Part shown: positions 9,190 through 18,581 of the stretch, piece by piece
Position numbering within the stretch: position 1 is the first letter of the stretch
Layout: each line of letters begins with the position of its first letter
NCBI GenBank assembly: GCA_036521275.1
Contig: DATDIC010000124.1
Location: forward strand, 1 to 63,551
Source of the DNA: Acetobacteraceae bacterium
GTDB lineage: Bacteria > Pseudomonadota > Alphaproteobacteria > Acetobacterales > Acetobacteraceae
Reading direction: 5' to 3'
DNA: 63,551 nt
Position numbers and translations under genes: made by a program
Notes under the pieces: generated by a model
Databases searched by the model: none
Told to the model about the DNA's origin: nothing
Seen by the model: only the letters and a program-made list of their open reading frames with translations

Positions 9190-10464
9190 ATGACATCCGA
9201 CCTCCGCCGGAACGTACTCGGCCAGATCGAGGCGGATACCGACAAGGCGATCAAGTTCCTTCAGCAGATGGTTTCAATCCCCAGCGTCACCGGCGATGAG
9301 GCTGCCGTTCAGCGCTTTCTCGCCGATTACATGAACCGGATGGGGCTGACCGTGGACCAGTGGGAAACCGACTGGGAACAGCTCAAGCAACATCCGGGAT
9401 ACCGCCCGGTCGAGCGCGGCTATGAAGGGCGGCCCAATCTCGTCGCCACCTGGAAAGGCACCGGCGGCGGTAGGTCGCTCCTGTTGAACGGCCACTCCGA
9501 CGTGATCCCCGTCGGCAACGGCGAAGGATGGAGCGACAATCCGTGGTCCGCCGCGATCAAGGACGGCCGCATCTATGGACGCGGCGCCGCCGACATGAAA
9601 AGCGGCGTTGCCAGCCACATCATGGCGGTCGCCAGCCTGACGGCGCTCGGCGTCAAGCCAAAGGGCGACGTCTATATCAACATCGTCATCGACGAGGAGG
9701 TCAGCGGCCACGGCACGCTGGACACCGTGATCCGCGGCTACAAGGCCGACGCCGGCATCTCCGGCGAAACCAGCGACCTGGCGATCCAGCCGGCCTGCAT
9801 CGGACGCATCTGGTTCGAGATCGAGATCAGCGGCAAGGCCGCGGGCATCCAGCGGCGCTACGAAGGCGTCAGCGGCATCGAACTCGGCTACAAGATCGCC
9901 AAGGCGGTGGCGGCGCTCGAAGCCGAACGCGTGGCCACGGTGAAGCATCCGCTCTATCCCAGCGCGATCGACGCCATCCCCTGTGCGATCGGCAGCTTCC
10001 AGGCCGGCAATTACCCAAGCGCCTTCCCAGCCACCTGTCTTCTGAAAGGCAGCATCGCCACGGTCCCGGGCGAGGACCACGAAGGCGTCAAGCGGCGGCT
10101 GGTCGATTGGGTCGCGCGCGCCGCGGCCGAAGACCCCTGGATGAAGCTGCACCCGCCGAAAGTCCGTTTCGTCGGCTACGATGCGCAGGCATCGGAAATA
10201 CCCCGCGGTCACCCGATCACCGAAACGGTGTCCAGAGCGTACCGGGAGGTCACCGGACGCGACCCGGCGATCAGCGGCCGTCAGGGCGCGGCCGATACCA
10301 GGTTCCTGAACCAGTACGGCAACACGCCGACCGTGATCTTCGGCCCGGGCTCGACCGCCGTGATGCATTCCGACGACGAGTACGTGGCGATCGACGACTA
10401 CATCACCGCCATCAAGGTTATGGCTCTCAGCATCTGCGACTGGTGTGGGACCGAGACGACATAG
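9190..10464 (+). CDS. ArgE/DapE/ACY1-family M20 deacylase
   Basis: 424-aa ORF with M20 metal-binding motifs (LLLNGHSDVIPVG, GRGAADMKSG, DEEVSGHG). Confidence 0.88.
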   Translation: MTSDLRRNVLGQIEADTDKAIKFLQQMVSIPSVTGDEAAVQRFLADYMNRMGLTVDQWETDWEQLKQHPGYRPVERGYEGRPNLVATWKGTGGGRSLLLNGHSDVIPVGNGEGWSDNPWSAAIKDGRIYGRGAADMKSGVASHIMAVASLTALGVKPKGDVYINIVIDEEVSGHGTLDTVIRGYKADAGISGETSDLAIQPACIGRIWFEIEISGKAAGIQRRYEGVSGIELGYKIAKAVAALEAERVATVKHPLYPSAIDAIPCAIGSFQAGNYPSAFPATCLLKGSIATVPGEDHEGVKRRLVDWVARAAAEDPWMKLHPPKVRFVGYDAQASEIPRGHPITETVSRAYREVTGRDPAISGRQGAADTRFLNQYGNTPTVIFGPGSTAVMHSDDEYVAIDDYITAIKVMALSICDWCGTETT

Positions 10465-10502
10465 CGCCCAAACCGCCACGCCACAGGCAGACAGGAGATC
10501 CG

Positions 10503-11288
10503 ATGCCGCAAGATCTGGTCCTGTTGGAACGCTCGGACCGCATCGCGACCATCCGGCTCAACAACCCGCCGGTGAATGCCGCCTCGCTCGCCCTGCTGGA
10601 GGCGCTGCATTGCGTCCTTGACGACGTCGAGGCGGACACCGCCATACGATGCGTCATCCTGACCAGTACCGGGGAGAAGGCGTTCTGTGCCGGCGCCGAT
10701 CTGCGCGACGAATCCAGGTTGCGCGATCCAGCGGCGAGCGCCGCATTCCGCGCGCTGGGTCGCCGGACGCTGCAGCGCATCGAATCCTGCCGGAAGCCGA
10801 TCGTCGCCGCGATCCATGGCTATTGCATCGGCGGCGGCACCGCGATCGGCTGGGCCTGCGACATTCGGATCGCCGCCGACAACACCGTGTTCCGTGCCGG
10901 CGATGCCTATCTCGGCATCATCCCGAGCTGGGGGATGGGACTGCACCGGCTGCCGCGCTTGCTGGGACGCTCGCGCGCCCTGGACCTTCTTGTGCTGGGC
11001 GGGGATTTCGGCGCCCAGCGCGCGTACGAGCTCGGCCTGGTCACCACCGTGGTGCCGCGCGCCGCTTTGATGCAGGAGGCGACCCGCGCCGCCAGGCGGA
11101 TCGCCAGCGCATCACCCAACGCCATGCTGGCTATCCGCCAGGCGGTGAATTTCAATCTCCGCCATGGCTGGGACGAAATGGCGGACTACGAAGAAGAGCT
11201 CAGCCGCTCCGTTTTCGCGCATCCGGATGCGGCTGAAGGGATGGCGGCCATGCTGGAAAAGCGGACACCGGATTTCCGCGACCTGTAA
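10503..11288 (+). CDS. enoyl-CoA hydratase/isomerase (crotonase) family protein
   Basis: In-frame ATG at 10503 within ORF 9528..11288. Crotonase motifs RLNNPPVNA, FCAGADL and IAAIHGYCIGGG. Confidence 0.88.
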   Translation: MPQDLVLLERSDRIATIRLNNPPVNAASLALLEALHCVLDDVEADTAIRCVILTSTGEKAFCAGADLRDESRLRDPAASAAFRALGRRTLQRIESCRKPIVAAIHGYCIGGGTAIGWACDIRIAADNTVFRAGDAYLGIIPSWGMGLHRLPRLLGRSRALDLLVLGGDFGAQRAYELGLVTTVVPRAALMQEATRAARRIASASPNAMLAIRQAVNFNLRHGWDEMADYEEELSRSVFAHPDAAEGMAAMLEKRTPDFRDL

Positions 11289-11308
11289 TCACGCCGGAGG
11301 GGGCAACC

Positions 11309-12343
11309 ATGTCGGACCTGATCCACTCACAGCCAGTTAGACATCCGTCGGCATGGTTTGGACGTGACCTTGTCAACGACGCGAACTGGCTGGTCCGTCT
11401 TGACCGGGACGACCTGGCGGATATCGCAGCCGCGGTACGGAACGTCAGGGCGCAGGGCCTGAGCCTGGGGCAGGTCGGACGCAGCAGTTTTCCACTCCCC
11501 CACCTGGCACCGAAGCTGGCGCGATGGCTGGAAGAAATCCGCACCGGCCGCGGCTTTGTCGTGGTGCGCGGCCTCAATGCGGGTGATTACAGCGACGCGG
11601 ATGTCGGGCTGATCTTCTGGGGCATCGGCTGCTATCTCGGCGTCCCCGTCACCCAGAACCCGCAGGGCGACCTGCTGGGTCATGTCTTTGATCATGGCCG
11701 CCGCTATGGCGATATCGATGTGCGTGGTTATGAAACCAATGCGCATCTGCCGTTTCACAGCGACAGTTGCGACCTGGTGGGCCTGCTATGCCTGCGCCGC
11801 GCGAAAAGCGGCGGCCTGAGCAGCATCGTCAGCTCGGTCACGCTGCATAACGAGATCCTGCGCCAGCATCCGGAGTACCTGCCGCCGCTCTACAAGGGCT
11901 TCCACTACATCAAGCGCGAGGCGGCGCTGACCGATGATCCGGTCACCGCGTACCGGCTGCCGGTGTTCGGCGCCAAGGACGGCCATGTCAGCGCCCGGCT
12001 GGTTCGCAACCAGATCAACGCCGCGTGCGAGAAATCCGGCAAGCCGCTCGAACCGCTGGAACAGGCGTCGCTCGATTTCCTGGATAGTCTCGCCTACGAC
12101 CCGGGCATCCATCTGGATATGGATCTGCAGGTCGGGGACATGCAGCTCTGTAACAACTACACGATCCTGCACTCCCGCACCGGGTTTCAGGATTATCCCG
12201 AACCAGAGCGCCGGCGCCACATGATCCGGCTCTGGCTGACGTTCCGCGAGCGGCGTCCAATGGCGGACACCTTCCCGGCGCATCACGGTTACGGCCAGAA
12301 CCAGATTGCCGAGGTGGCCTTCCAATCCCCGGCCGCGGCGTGA
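11309..12343 (+). CDS. TauD/TfdA-family Fe(II)/2-oxoglutarate-dependent dioxygenase
   Basis: 344-aa ORF with an HxD facial-triad context (LPFHSDSCD) and a distal His (ILHSRTGF). Confidence 0.8.
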   Translation: MSDLIHSQPVRHPSAWFGRDLVNDANWLVRLDRDDLADIAAAVRNVRAQGLSLGQVGRSSFPLPHLAPKLARWLEEIRTGRGFVVVRGLNAGDYSDADVGLIFWGIGCYLGVPVTQNPQGDLLGHVFDHGRRYGDIDVRGYETNAHLPFHSDSCDLVGLLCLRRAKSGGLSSIVSSVTLHNEILRQHPEYLPPLYKGFHYIKREAALTDDPVTAYRLPVFGAKDGHVSARLVRNQINAACEKSGKPLEPLEQASLDFLDSLAYDPGIHLDMDLQVGDMQLCNNYTILHSRTGFQDYPEPERRRHMIRLWLTFRERRPMADTFPAHHGYGQNQIAEVAFQSPAAA

Positions 12344-14442
12344 ACGCACAGCCTCCACGCCTTTCGGTCCGGGAGATCCTGCAGCCCCGGTCCGTCGCCG
12401 TGTTTGGTGCGTCGGACGACCGCGACAAGTTCGGTGGCCGGATCATGCACTTCCTGGTCCGCCACGGTTTCGCCGGACAGATCGTGCCGATCAATCCGCG
12501 GCCACGGCAGATCCTCGGACGAACCGCATACGCATCGCTTGCCGATGCGCCGATCAAGGCCGAGGTCGCGATCCTTGCAGTGCCGGTGAACCATCTGCTG
12601 GGGGCGGTCGAGCAATGCGCGGCGGCCGGCGTCGGCTGCTGCGTGATCATCGCGACCGGATTTGCCGAAGCCAACGAAGCCGGCGCCGCACTGCAGCAGC
12701 GCATACTTGATGTCGCGCTGCCGGCGGGCATGCGGATCATCGGGCCGAACTGCATGGGGCTGATCAATCCGGGATGGCGGCTCGCGCTCTGTTCCTCCGT
12801 CGTGCTCGATAGCAGCGAGTTGCTGCTGGGCCACATCGGACTGGTCAGCCAGAGCGGCGCGCTGATGGTGTCGCTGTTCGACCGGGCGGTGTCGAACGGG
12901 ATCGGATTCAGCGCCTGCGTATCGCTCGGGAACCAGTCGGACCTGGAGATCTGCGACTTCCTGGACTATTTCATCGACGATCCCGGCACCGACGCGCTCT
13001 GTGTCTATATCGAGGGATTGCGGGACCCTGCCCGCTTCGTCCGTGCAGCCGCCGCGTGCCGGCGAGCCGGCAAGCCGATGGTGGTGGTCAAGACCGGCAA
13101 GACAAGCGACGGGGTGCGCGCGGCACGCTCCCACACGGCAAGCCTGGCCGGCGATTACGATGCATTCGCCGCGATATGCCGTGCGCATGGTGTCGTCCTC
13201 GCGGACGATCCGGTGACGATGGTGCGGATCGCCGATCTGCTGCTCCGCGAGCCGCTGCCACGGTCGGATGGGATCGGCATCCTGTCCGGCTCCGGCGGCG
13301 GTACCGGGCTGATGGTGGATCGGGTGGTCGGAGCGGGCCTTCGACTGGCGCGCCTGTCGCAGCCGGCGCGCGCCGCGCTGGGCGAATTGTTGCTTCCACC
13401 ACAGGCGGATAATCCGATCGATCTTGGCGGCCGCCTGCCCTCGCAGCCCGACGACATTGCCGCGCCGGCCATGCGCACACTCGCATCCGATCCCGATGTC
13501 GGGCTGTTGCTGCTGTATCTTACGTCGATGCCGTTTTTCGAAGCACGTGCACGAGTCCTGGCCCAAACCGCACTGGAGTCGGGAAAGCCCGTCATCGCCG
13601 TGATGCTGCCCGGCCCGGCCGCGGATCGCCCGCGTGCGGTGCTACGGGAACTCGGCTGCTCGTATTTCGATTCGACGGACGACATGCTGGCGGCCCTGCG
13701 CGGCGTGTACGAATACCGCGCCGGTCTGACAGCGCCGACCATATCGCCGCAGCGCCCCGACGACCTGCCAGCAGGACCTCCGCCCCTGAACGACGTGCCG
13801 GGGCTGGTCGCTGCGTACGGCATCGAGGTCCCGCGCGCGGTCGCTTGCGCGACGCCGCAACAGGCCCAGGCAGCCGCTGTGTCGATCGGGTTTCCGGTCG
13901 TCCTGAAGGGTCTGGTTAGCGGGGTAAGCCATAAGACGGAACTGCAGGCGGTCAAAACCGGGCTGGCCGACACAGCCGCCGTCAACACCGCCTGGAACGA
14001 CATCGCCGCGTCCATCGCGCGGCACGATTTGGCGGACGCGTTCACCGGCTGCCTGGCGCAGGAACAGGCGCCACCAGGACTGGAGCTGATCCTGTCCATC
14101 CGCAACGATCCCCAGTTCGGCCCGTTCGTGCTGGTGGGCGCCGGCGGCACGCTGGTCGAACTGTTGCACGACGTCGCATCAGCCCCGGCGCCGGTTTCGC
14201 GCCCGCAGGCGAGGCGATTGGTAAACGGCTTGCGTTGCGCCAGGCTGCTGGATTCCTGGCGCGGCGGACCGCCGCGCGACGTCGAAGCCGTCATCGACGC
14301 GCTCGAACGGCTGAGCTGGCTGGCGCACGACCTGGGCAAGCGCCTGGTGGACCTGGAGATCAACCCGCTGATAGCGGGAGAGGCCGGCGCGGGCGTACGT
14401 GCCGTGGACATACGCGCAGAGTGGGCGGAGTCATCATCATGA
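12340..14442 (+). CDS. ADP/NDP-forming acyl-CoA synthetase (acetate--CoA ligase family, fused alpha/beta)
   Basis: 700-aa ORF whose GTG start overlaps the previous stop (GTGA). N-terminal CoA-binding domain (SVAVFGASDDRDKFGG), a CoA-ligase domain and a C-terminal ATP-grasp domain. Confidence 0.85.
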   Translation: MNAQPPRLSVREILQPRSVAVFGASDDRDKFGGRIMHFLVRHGFAGQIVPINPRPRQILGRTAYASLADAPIKAEVAILAVPVNHLLGAVEQCAAAGVGCCVIIATGFAEANEAGAALQQRILDVALPAGMRIIGPNCMGLINPGWRLALCSSVVLDSSELLLGHIGLVSQSGALMVSLFDRAVSNGIGFSACVSLGNQSDLEICDFLDYFIDDPGTDALCVYIEGLRDPARFVRAAAACRRAGKPMVVVKTGKTSDGVRAARSHTASLAGDYDAFAAICRAHGVVLADDPVTMVRIADLLLREPLPRSDGIGILSGSGGGTGLMVDRVVGAGLRLARLSQPARAALGELLLPPQADNPIDLGGRLPSQPDDIAAPAMRTLASDPDVGLLLLYLTSMPFFEARARVLAQTALESGKPVIAVMLPGPAADRPRAVLRELGCSYFDSTDDMLAALRGVYEYRAGLTAPTISPQRPDDLPAGPPPLNDVPGLVAAYGIEVPRAVACATPQQAQAAAVSIGFPVVLKGLVSGVSHKTELQAVKTGLADTAAVNTAWNDIAASIARHDLADAFTGCLAQEQAPPGLELILSIRNDPQFGPFVLVGAGGTLVELLHDVASAPAPVSRPQARRLVNGLRCARLLDSWRGGPPRDVEAVIDALERLSWLAHDLGKRLVDLEINPLIAGEAGAGVRAVDIRAEWAESSS

Positions 14443-15311
14443 AGCGGTGTGGTTTCATAGTCTTCCTTGTCGCCGCACTCGCGGTGATGAGCGGGCGGGC
14501 AGCGCTCGCGCAAAGCACTTGCACGCCAAAGCTGGGGCAGCCGCCGCTGGTGCGCGCCGGGACGCTGATCGCGGCGATCAACCCGACCGTGGCCCCGATC
14601 CAGTATGTCGATGACAGCGGCAACATCATCGGTCTCGATGTCGATCTGGGCAACGAGATCGCCAAGCGCCTGTGCCTGAAAATGGTGTTTCAGAGCACGC
14701 AATTCGCGACGATGATCCCGCTGCTGAAGGAAGGCCGGATCGACATGATCAATTCCTTCATGTTCTACACGCCGGAGCGCGCCGCGCAGGTGCTGATGGT
14801 GCCTTACGGTGCTTCGACGATGTCGATCGTGGTGCCGAAGACCAACACCGACACCATCTCCGGCCCGGAATATTTCTCCGGCAAGAGCTTCGGCGTGGAG
14901 TTGGGGACGGTTGATTTAAGGGACGCCCAGGCCGCCAGCGAAGCTTTGCAGAAGGCCGGCAAGCCGCCGATCACCATCCGGACCTTCGACACCTATGCCA
15001 ATGTGCTGCAGGCGCTCTCGGCCGGACAGGTTGACGGTGCGTTCATCGGCACCGAGGAGTCATTCTACTATCGCAAGAAGGGCGTGAATTTCTTCCGCAT
15101 CGCCCTGACCGGCTATGATCCGCACGCCGAGGCGCTCGCCTTCAAGGACGCTGCCGTGGCCGATGCGGTCGCGGCTGTGATGAACGAGATGCACACCGAC
15201 GGAACCTTCGACAAAATCTTCAAGCCCTATGGTCACTGCGTGCTGCCAGGCCCCTACAAAGTAACTTCGGGCCCGCTGCCGACGCCGGACTGCCCGGCGC
15301 AAGCGCCATGA
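14439..15311 (+). CDS. ABC transporter substrate-binding protein, family 3 (polar amino acid/opine type)
   Basis: ATG 14439 overlaps the previous stop (ATGA). Signal peptide MKRCGFIVFLVAALAVMSGRAALA. Family-3 binding-protein pattern. Confidence 0.85.
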   Translation: MKRCGFIVFLVAALAVMSGRAALAQSTCTPKLGQPPLVRAGTLIAAINPTVAPIQYVDDSGNIIGLDVDLGNEIAKRLCLKMVFQSTQFATMIPLLKEGRIDMINSFMFYTPERAAQVLMVPYGASTMSIVVPKTNTDTISGPEYFSGKSFGVELGTVDLRDAQAASEALQKAGKPPITIRTFDTYANVLQALSAGQVDGAFIGTEESFYYRKKGVNFFRIALTGYDPHAEALAFKDAAVADAVAAVMNEMHTDGTFDKIFKPYGHCVLPGPYKVTSGPLPTPDCPAQAP

Positions 15312-15316
15312 TCGTT

Positions 15317-16639
15317 TCAGCGCCGCCGCGGATATGAAAGACCCAGATGGTCCCGCAGCATTGAACCCGCATACTCGGTCCTGAACAGGCCCCGGCGCTG
15401 CAACACCGGCACCACCTGTTCAACGAACACCGTTAGTTCGTCCGGGAACCAGGCCGGCATGATGTTGAAACCGTCGCATGCGCCGGAGTCCAGCCAGAGC
15501 TGCATATAATCGGCCAGCCCCTCCACGGTGCCGACGAACGTCCCGTGCGAACGCGACTTGGCCACGAGGTTGGCGCACGCATGCACGGTCAGGCCCTCGC
15601 GGTCCGCGCGGTCGAGCAGGCTGATCACCCGCGGCGTGAAGGACCCGCCCGAGGCGCGGATATCGCCGGTCGGCAGCTTCGCGTCGAGCGCGTAGTCATA
15701 GAGCCGGAACTGCATCTGCTCGCTCAACATCCACACGCCGACCGCCGGCAGGATAAGCTCGTCGAGCTCGGCCTCCTTGCGTCTCGCCTCCTGCTCTGTC
15801 GACCCGACGATGGGCGATAGCCCGGGCAATATCTTCAGCTCGTCGGCGCAGCGGCCGTACTCGGCCATCCGCCGCCTGACCGTGTCGCGAAAATTGCGCG
15901 CCTCATCGAGCTTGCTTTGCGCCGCGAAGATGGTTTCCGCCACCATCGCCGCAAACTCTATTCCCGCCGGCGACCCGCCCGCCTGCACCAGCACCGGCCA
16001 GCCTTGCGGCGGTCGTGGCAGCTCCAACGCGCCCCGGACGGAGAAGAACCGTCCCTGGTGGTCGATTGGATGGATGCGCGCCGGATCGGCGAACACGCCG
16101 CGCGCACGGTCGGCGACCACCGCATCATCGTCCCAACTGTCCCACAGGGCGATGCAGATATCGACGAACTCCTTTGCCCGCTCGTAACGGAGCGTCTTCT
16201 CCATGTGGCTCTTTTGTCCGAAATTATACGCCGCATCGTCATTCGCGGTGGTGATGATGTTCCATCCCGCCCGGCCATTGCTGATATGATCGAGGGACGC
16301 AAAGCGCTCGGCTATGTAATAGGGCTCGTTGTAGGTCGTTGACAGCGTCGCGATCAGTCCCAGGCACTCGGTCACTGCTGAAATCGCCGAGGTGATCGAG
16401 ATCGAATCGATGTTATTGAGCCCGCCCTCGCGGACGACGCGACCGTCTTTCTCACGGGCTGCAAGCATGTCGCCCACGAAGAACAGGTCGAACTTGCCGC
16501 GTTCGGCAATCTGCGCTGCCGTGCGATAGAAATCCATCCCGGCAATCCCGCGCGGGTCCACGGCGGGATGCCGCCAGCTCGCGATGTGATGGCCCGCTGG
16601 GTAAATGAAAAGGCCAAGATGCATCTGCGACCTGGTCAA
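15317..16639 (-). CDS. NtaA/SnaA/DszA-family flavin-dependent monooxygenase (LLM class)
   Basis: 440-aa ORF with signatures MHLGLFIYPAGHH, GRAGWNIITT and DGFNIMP. Confidence 0.9.
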   Translation of the reverse strand: MTRSQMHLGLFIYPAGHHIASWRHPAVDPRGIAGMDFYRTAAQIAERGKFDLFFVGDMLAAREKDGRVVREGGLNNIDSISITSAISAVTECLGLIATLSTTYNEPYYIAERFASLDHISNGRAGWNIITTANDDAAYNFGQKSHMEKTLRYERAKEFVDICIALWDSWDDDAVVADRARGVFADPARIHPIDHQGRFFSVRGALELPRPPQGWPVLVQAGGSPAGIEFAAMVAETIFAAQSKLDEARNFRDTVRRRMAEYGRCADELKILPGLSPIVGSTEQEARRKEAELDELILPAVGVWMLSEQMQFRLYDYALDAKLPTGDIRASGGSFTPRVISLLDRADREGLTVHACANLVAKSRSHGTFVGTVEGLADYMQLWLDSGACDGFNIMPAWFPDELTVFVEQVVPVLQRRGLFRTEYAGSMLRDHLGLSYPRRR

Positions 16640-17781
16640 CCCGAAATCTCCCTGTACTGGCTTGCCGGACGGGGCAACCCGAAATGGTCCCGCAGCGTCG
16701 CGCCGGCGTACTCAGCCCGGAATAGACCCTGAGCGCGTGCCAGCGGGATCACCGCATCGACAAGCAGGGCGACATCATCGGGCAACACGGCAGGAAGCAG
16801 ATTGAAACCATCGCACGCACCCGCTTCAGACCATTTCGTAAATAACTCAACCAACGCCTCCGGCGTGCCGACGAACCGCGGGATGGCCGACCCGGGTGCC
16901 ACCAGATAATCGAGACGTTCGGCGCGCTGGCGGGCTTCAGCGGCGGTGGGTGCAAGGACGATGCCCAGATCGGCCAGCACGCGAAACGAACTTGGATCAC
17001 GCGCCTGCATGGCCGCCAGCCTGTGCAGATCTTTGTAGCGGCCAGCCGCCTCCGCTAACGACGCGCAGCGGGTAAGGATGATATCGGCGGTCTCAACAAC
17101 CAGTCGCCGGCCGTCGGCGCTTGCCGGGTCGGACTGTATTAGAACAGGATATCCCTGCGGCGGGCGCGGTACGTTCAGCGGCCCCCGGATGGTGAAATAC
17201 CTGCCGTGATGGTCGATCCGGTGCACGCGGTCGGGGTCGACGAACATCCCGCTGGCCTTGTCCACCGCGAACGCTTCATCCTCCCAACTGTCCCACAGCT
17301 TTTCGACCGCACTGATGAATTCGCCCGCCCGCTCGCAATAGTCGGACAGCCCGTCGGTCCCGGGCGGTCGCCCGATGCGCGCTGCCAGCGCATCCGTGCC
17401 GAACATGTGTACCAGCCAGGCGGAACGCCCGTACGACAGATGATCCAGCGTCGCCAGCACGCGGGCAATATGAAACGGCTCGGTGAAATCGACCGTCCAG
17501 CCGGCGGCCACGCCGATTCGGGTAGTCCTGGCGATCAACGCTCCCGCCAGCGGCAATGGATCGAGCTGCATCGTGTTGGCCCGCCCGACTCCGCCGACGC
17601 GCAGGGCATCAGTGCCATGGCCCAGCAGGATCGCATCCAGGCAGCCCCGTTCCGCCGCCCGGACGATCGGGTAAAGATCCGCGGCGCCCGGCGATGGCGG
17701 CAAACCCGACGCCTGCCCCGACACCTGCCAGGAAGCCGGATGGTAGCCGCTGCCGGCGATCGACAAAGTAAGATGCAGCAT
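16636..17781 (-). CDS. NtaA/DszA-like LLM monooxygenase, shorter divergent paralogue
   Basis: ORF 16636..17937 trimmed to Met53 (MLHLTLSIAGSGYHP), which lies 4 nt after the ABC ATPase stop. Signatures GRSAWLVHMF and DGFNLLP. 4-nt overlap with the downstream paralogue. Confidence 0.82.
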   Translation of the reverse strand: MLHLTLSIAGSGYHPASWQVSGQASGLPPSPGAADLYPIVRAAERGCLDAILLGHGTDALRVGGVGRANTMQLDPLPLAGALIARTTRIGVAAGWTVDFTEPFHIARVLATLDHLSYGRSAWLVHMFGTDALAARIGRPPGTDGLSDYCERAGEFISAVEKLWDSWEDEAFAVDKASGMFVDPDRVHRIDHHGRYFTIRGPLNVPRPPQGYPVLIQSDPASADGRRLVVETADIILTRCASLAEAAGRYKDLHRLAAMQARDPSSFRVLADLGIVLAPTAAEARQRAERLDYLVAPGSAIPRFVGTPEALVELFTKWSEAGACDGFNLLPAVLPDDVALLVDAVIPLARAQGLFRAEYAGATLRDHFGLPRPASQYREISG

Positions 17782-17785
17782 GGGA

Positions 17786-18550
17786 TCAGACCTTGCCGGT
17801 GACCAGGCGCAGGAACTTCTGCGTGCGTTCGTTGCGCGGGTTGGCAACAAGCTCGTCCGGGCGCCCCTGCTCGACGATCTCGCCGTCTTCCATGAACAGG
17901 ATGCGGTCGGCCGCCTTGTTGGCGAACTGAATTTCATGCGTAACGATAATCATCGTCATTCCCTGCCGGGTGAGGTCCAGCATCACTTGCAGCACTTCGG
18001 CCACCATCTCCGGATCCAGCGCCGATGTGGGCTCGTCGAACAGCATGACCTTGGGGTGCATCGCCAGCGAGCGGGCGATGGCAACGCGTTGCTGCTGGCC
18101 GCCGGAAAGCTGGTCCGGATAGAAATCCGCCTTGTCTTCCAGCGCCACCAGCTCCAGCAGGCGCCGCGCCTCCCGGGCTGCTTCCTTCCTGGAATGCCGG
18201 AGCACCTGGACCGGCCCCGACATGATGTTTTCCAGCGCCGTCATGTGGCTGAACAGGTTGAACTGCTGAAACACCATCCCCACGTGGCGCCGCTGCGCCG
18301 ACAGCATCGCGTCGGACGCCGCAATCAAGCCGCCGCCGTTGCCGGGGCGATACCCGAGCAATGTCCCGTCGATCCTGACGCTGCCGCGATCCGGCACATC
18401 CAGACGATTGAGGGTCCGCAGAAAGGTGCTCTTGCCGCTGCCGCTCGGCCCGATGATGACGACGACTTCGCCGCGCGTGACTTCGATATCCACGCCGCGC
18501 AGCACGTGATTGGCCCCGAAGAACTTGTGGATGCCCTTCGCCTCGATCAT
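17786..18550 (-). CDS. amino acid ABC transporter ATP-binding protein
   Basis: Walker A GPSGSGKST, signature LSGGQQQRVAIAR, Walker B MLFDEPTSALD. Start is either 18550 (MIEAKGIHKFFG) or 18595. Confidence 0.92.
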   Translation of the reverse strand: MIEAKGIHKFFGANHVLRGVDIEVTRGEVVVIIGPSGSGKSTFLRTLNRLDVPDRGSVRIDGTLLGYRPGNGGGLIAASDAMLSAQRRHVGMVFQQFNLFSHMTALENIMSGPVQVLRHSRKEAAREARRLLELVALEDKADFYPDQLSGGQQQRVAIARSLAMHPKVMLFDEPTSALDPEMVAEVLQVMLDLTRQGMTMIIVTHEIQFANKAADRILFMEDGEIVEQGRPDELVANPRNERTQKFLRLVTGKV

Positions 18551-18581
18551 CCATCTCGCGGCGCTGCCGCCGCCGGCCACG

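Noticed and set aside
9528-11288. 586-aa ORF as a single gene
   Set aside because: Only the last 261 codons (from ATG 10503) show crotonase motifs. The upstream part overlaps the M20 deacylase gene out of frame and is Arg-rich shadow sequence.
16636-17937. Long N-terminal extensions of several ORFs (also 25739..27448, 31494..32843, 34673..35545, 32401..34047)
   Set aside because: The extensions overlap the 3' ends of upstream genes or antisense genes and are compositionally shadow-like. Internal Met codons give canonical family N-termini, so the genes were trimmed.
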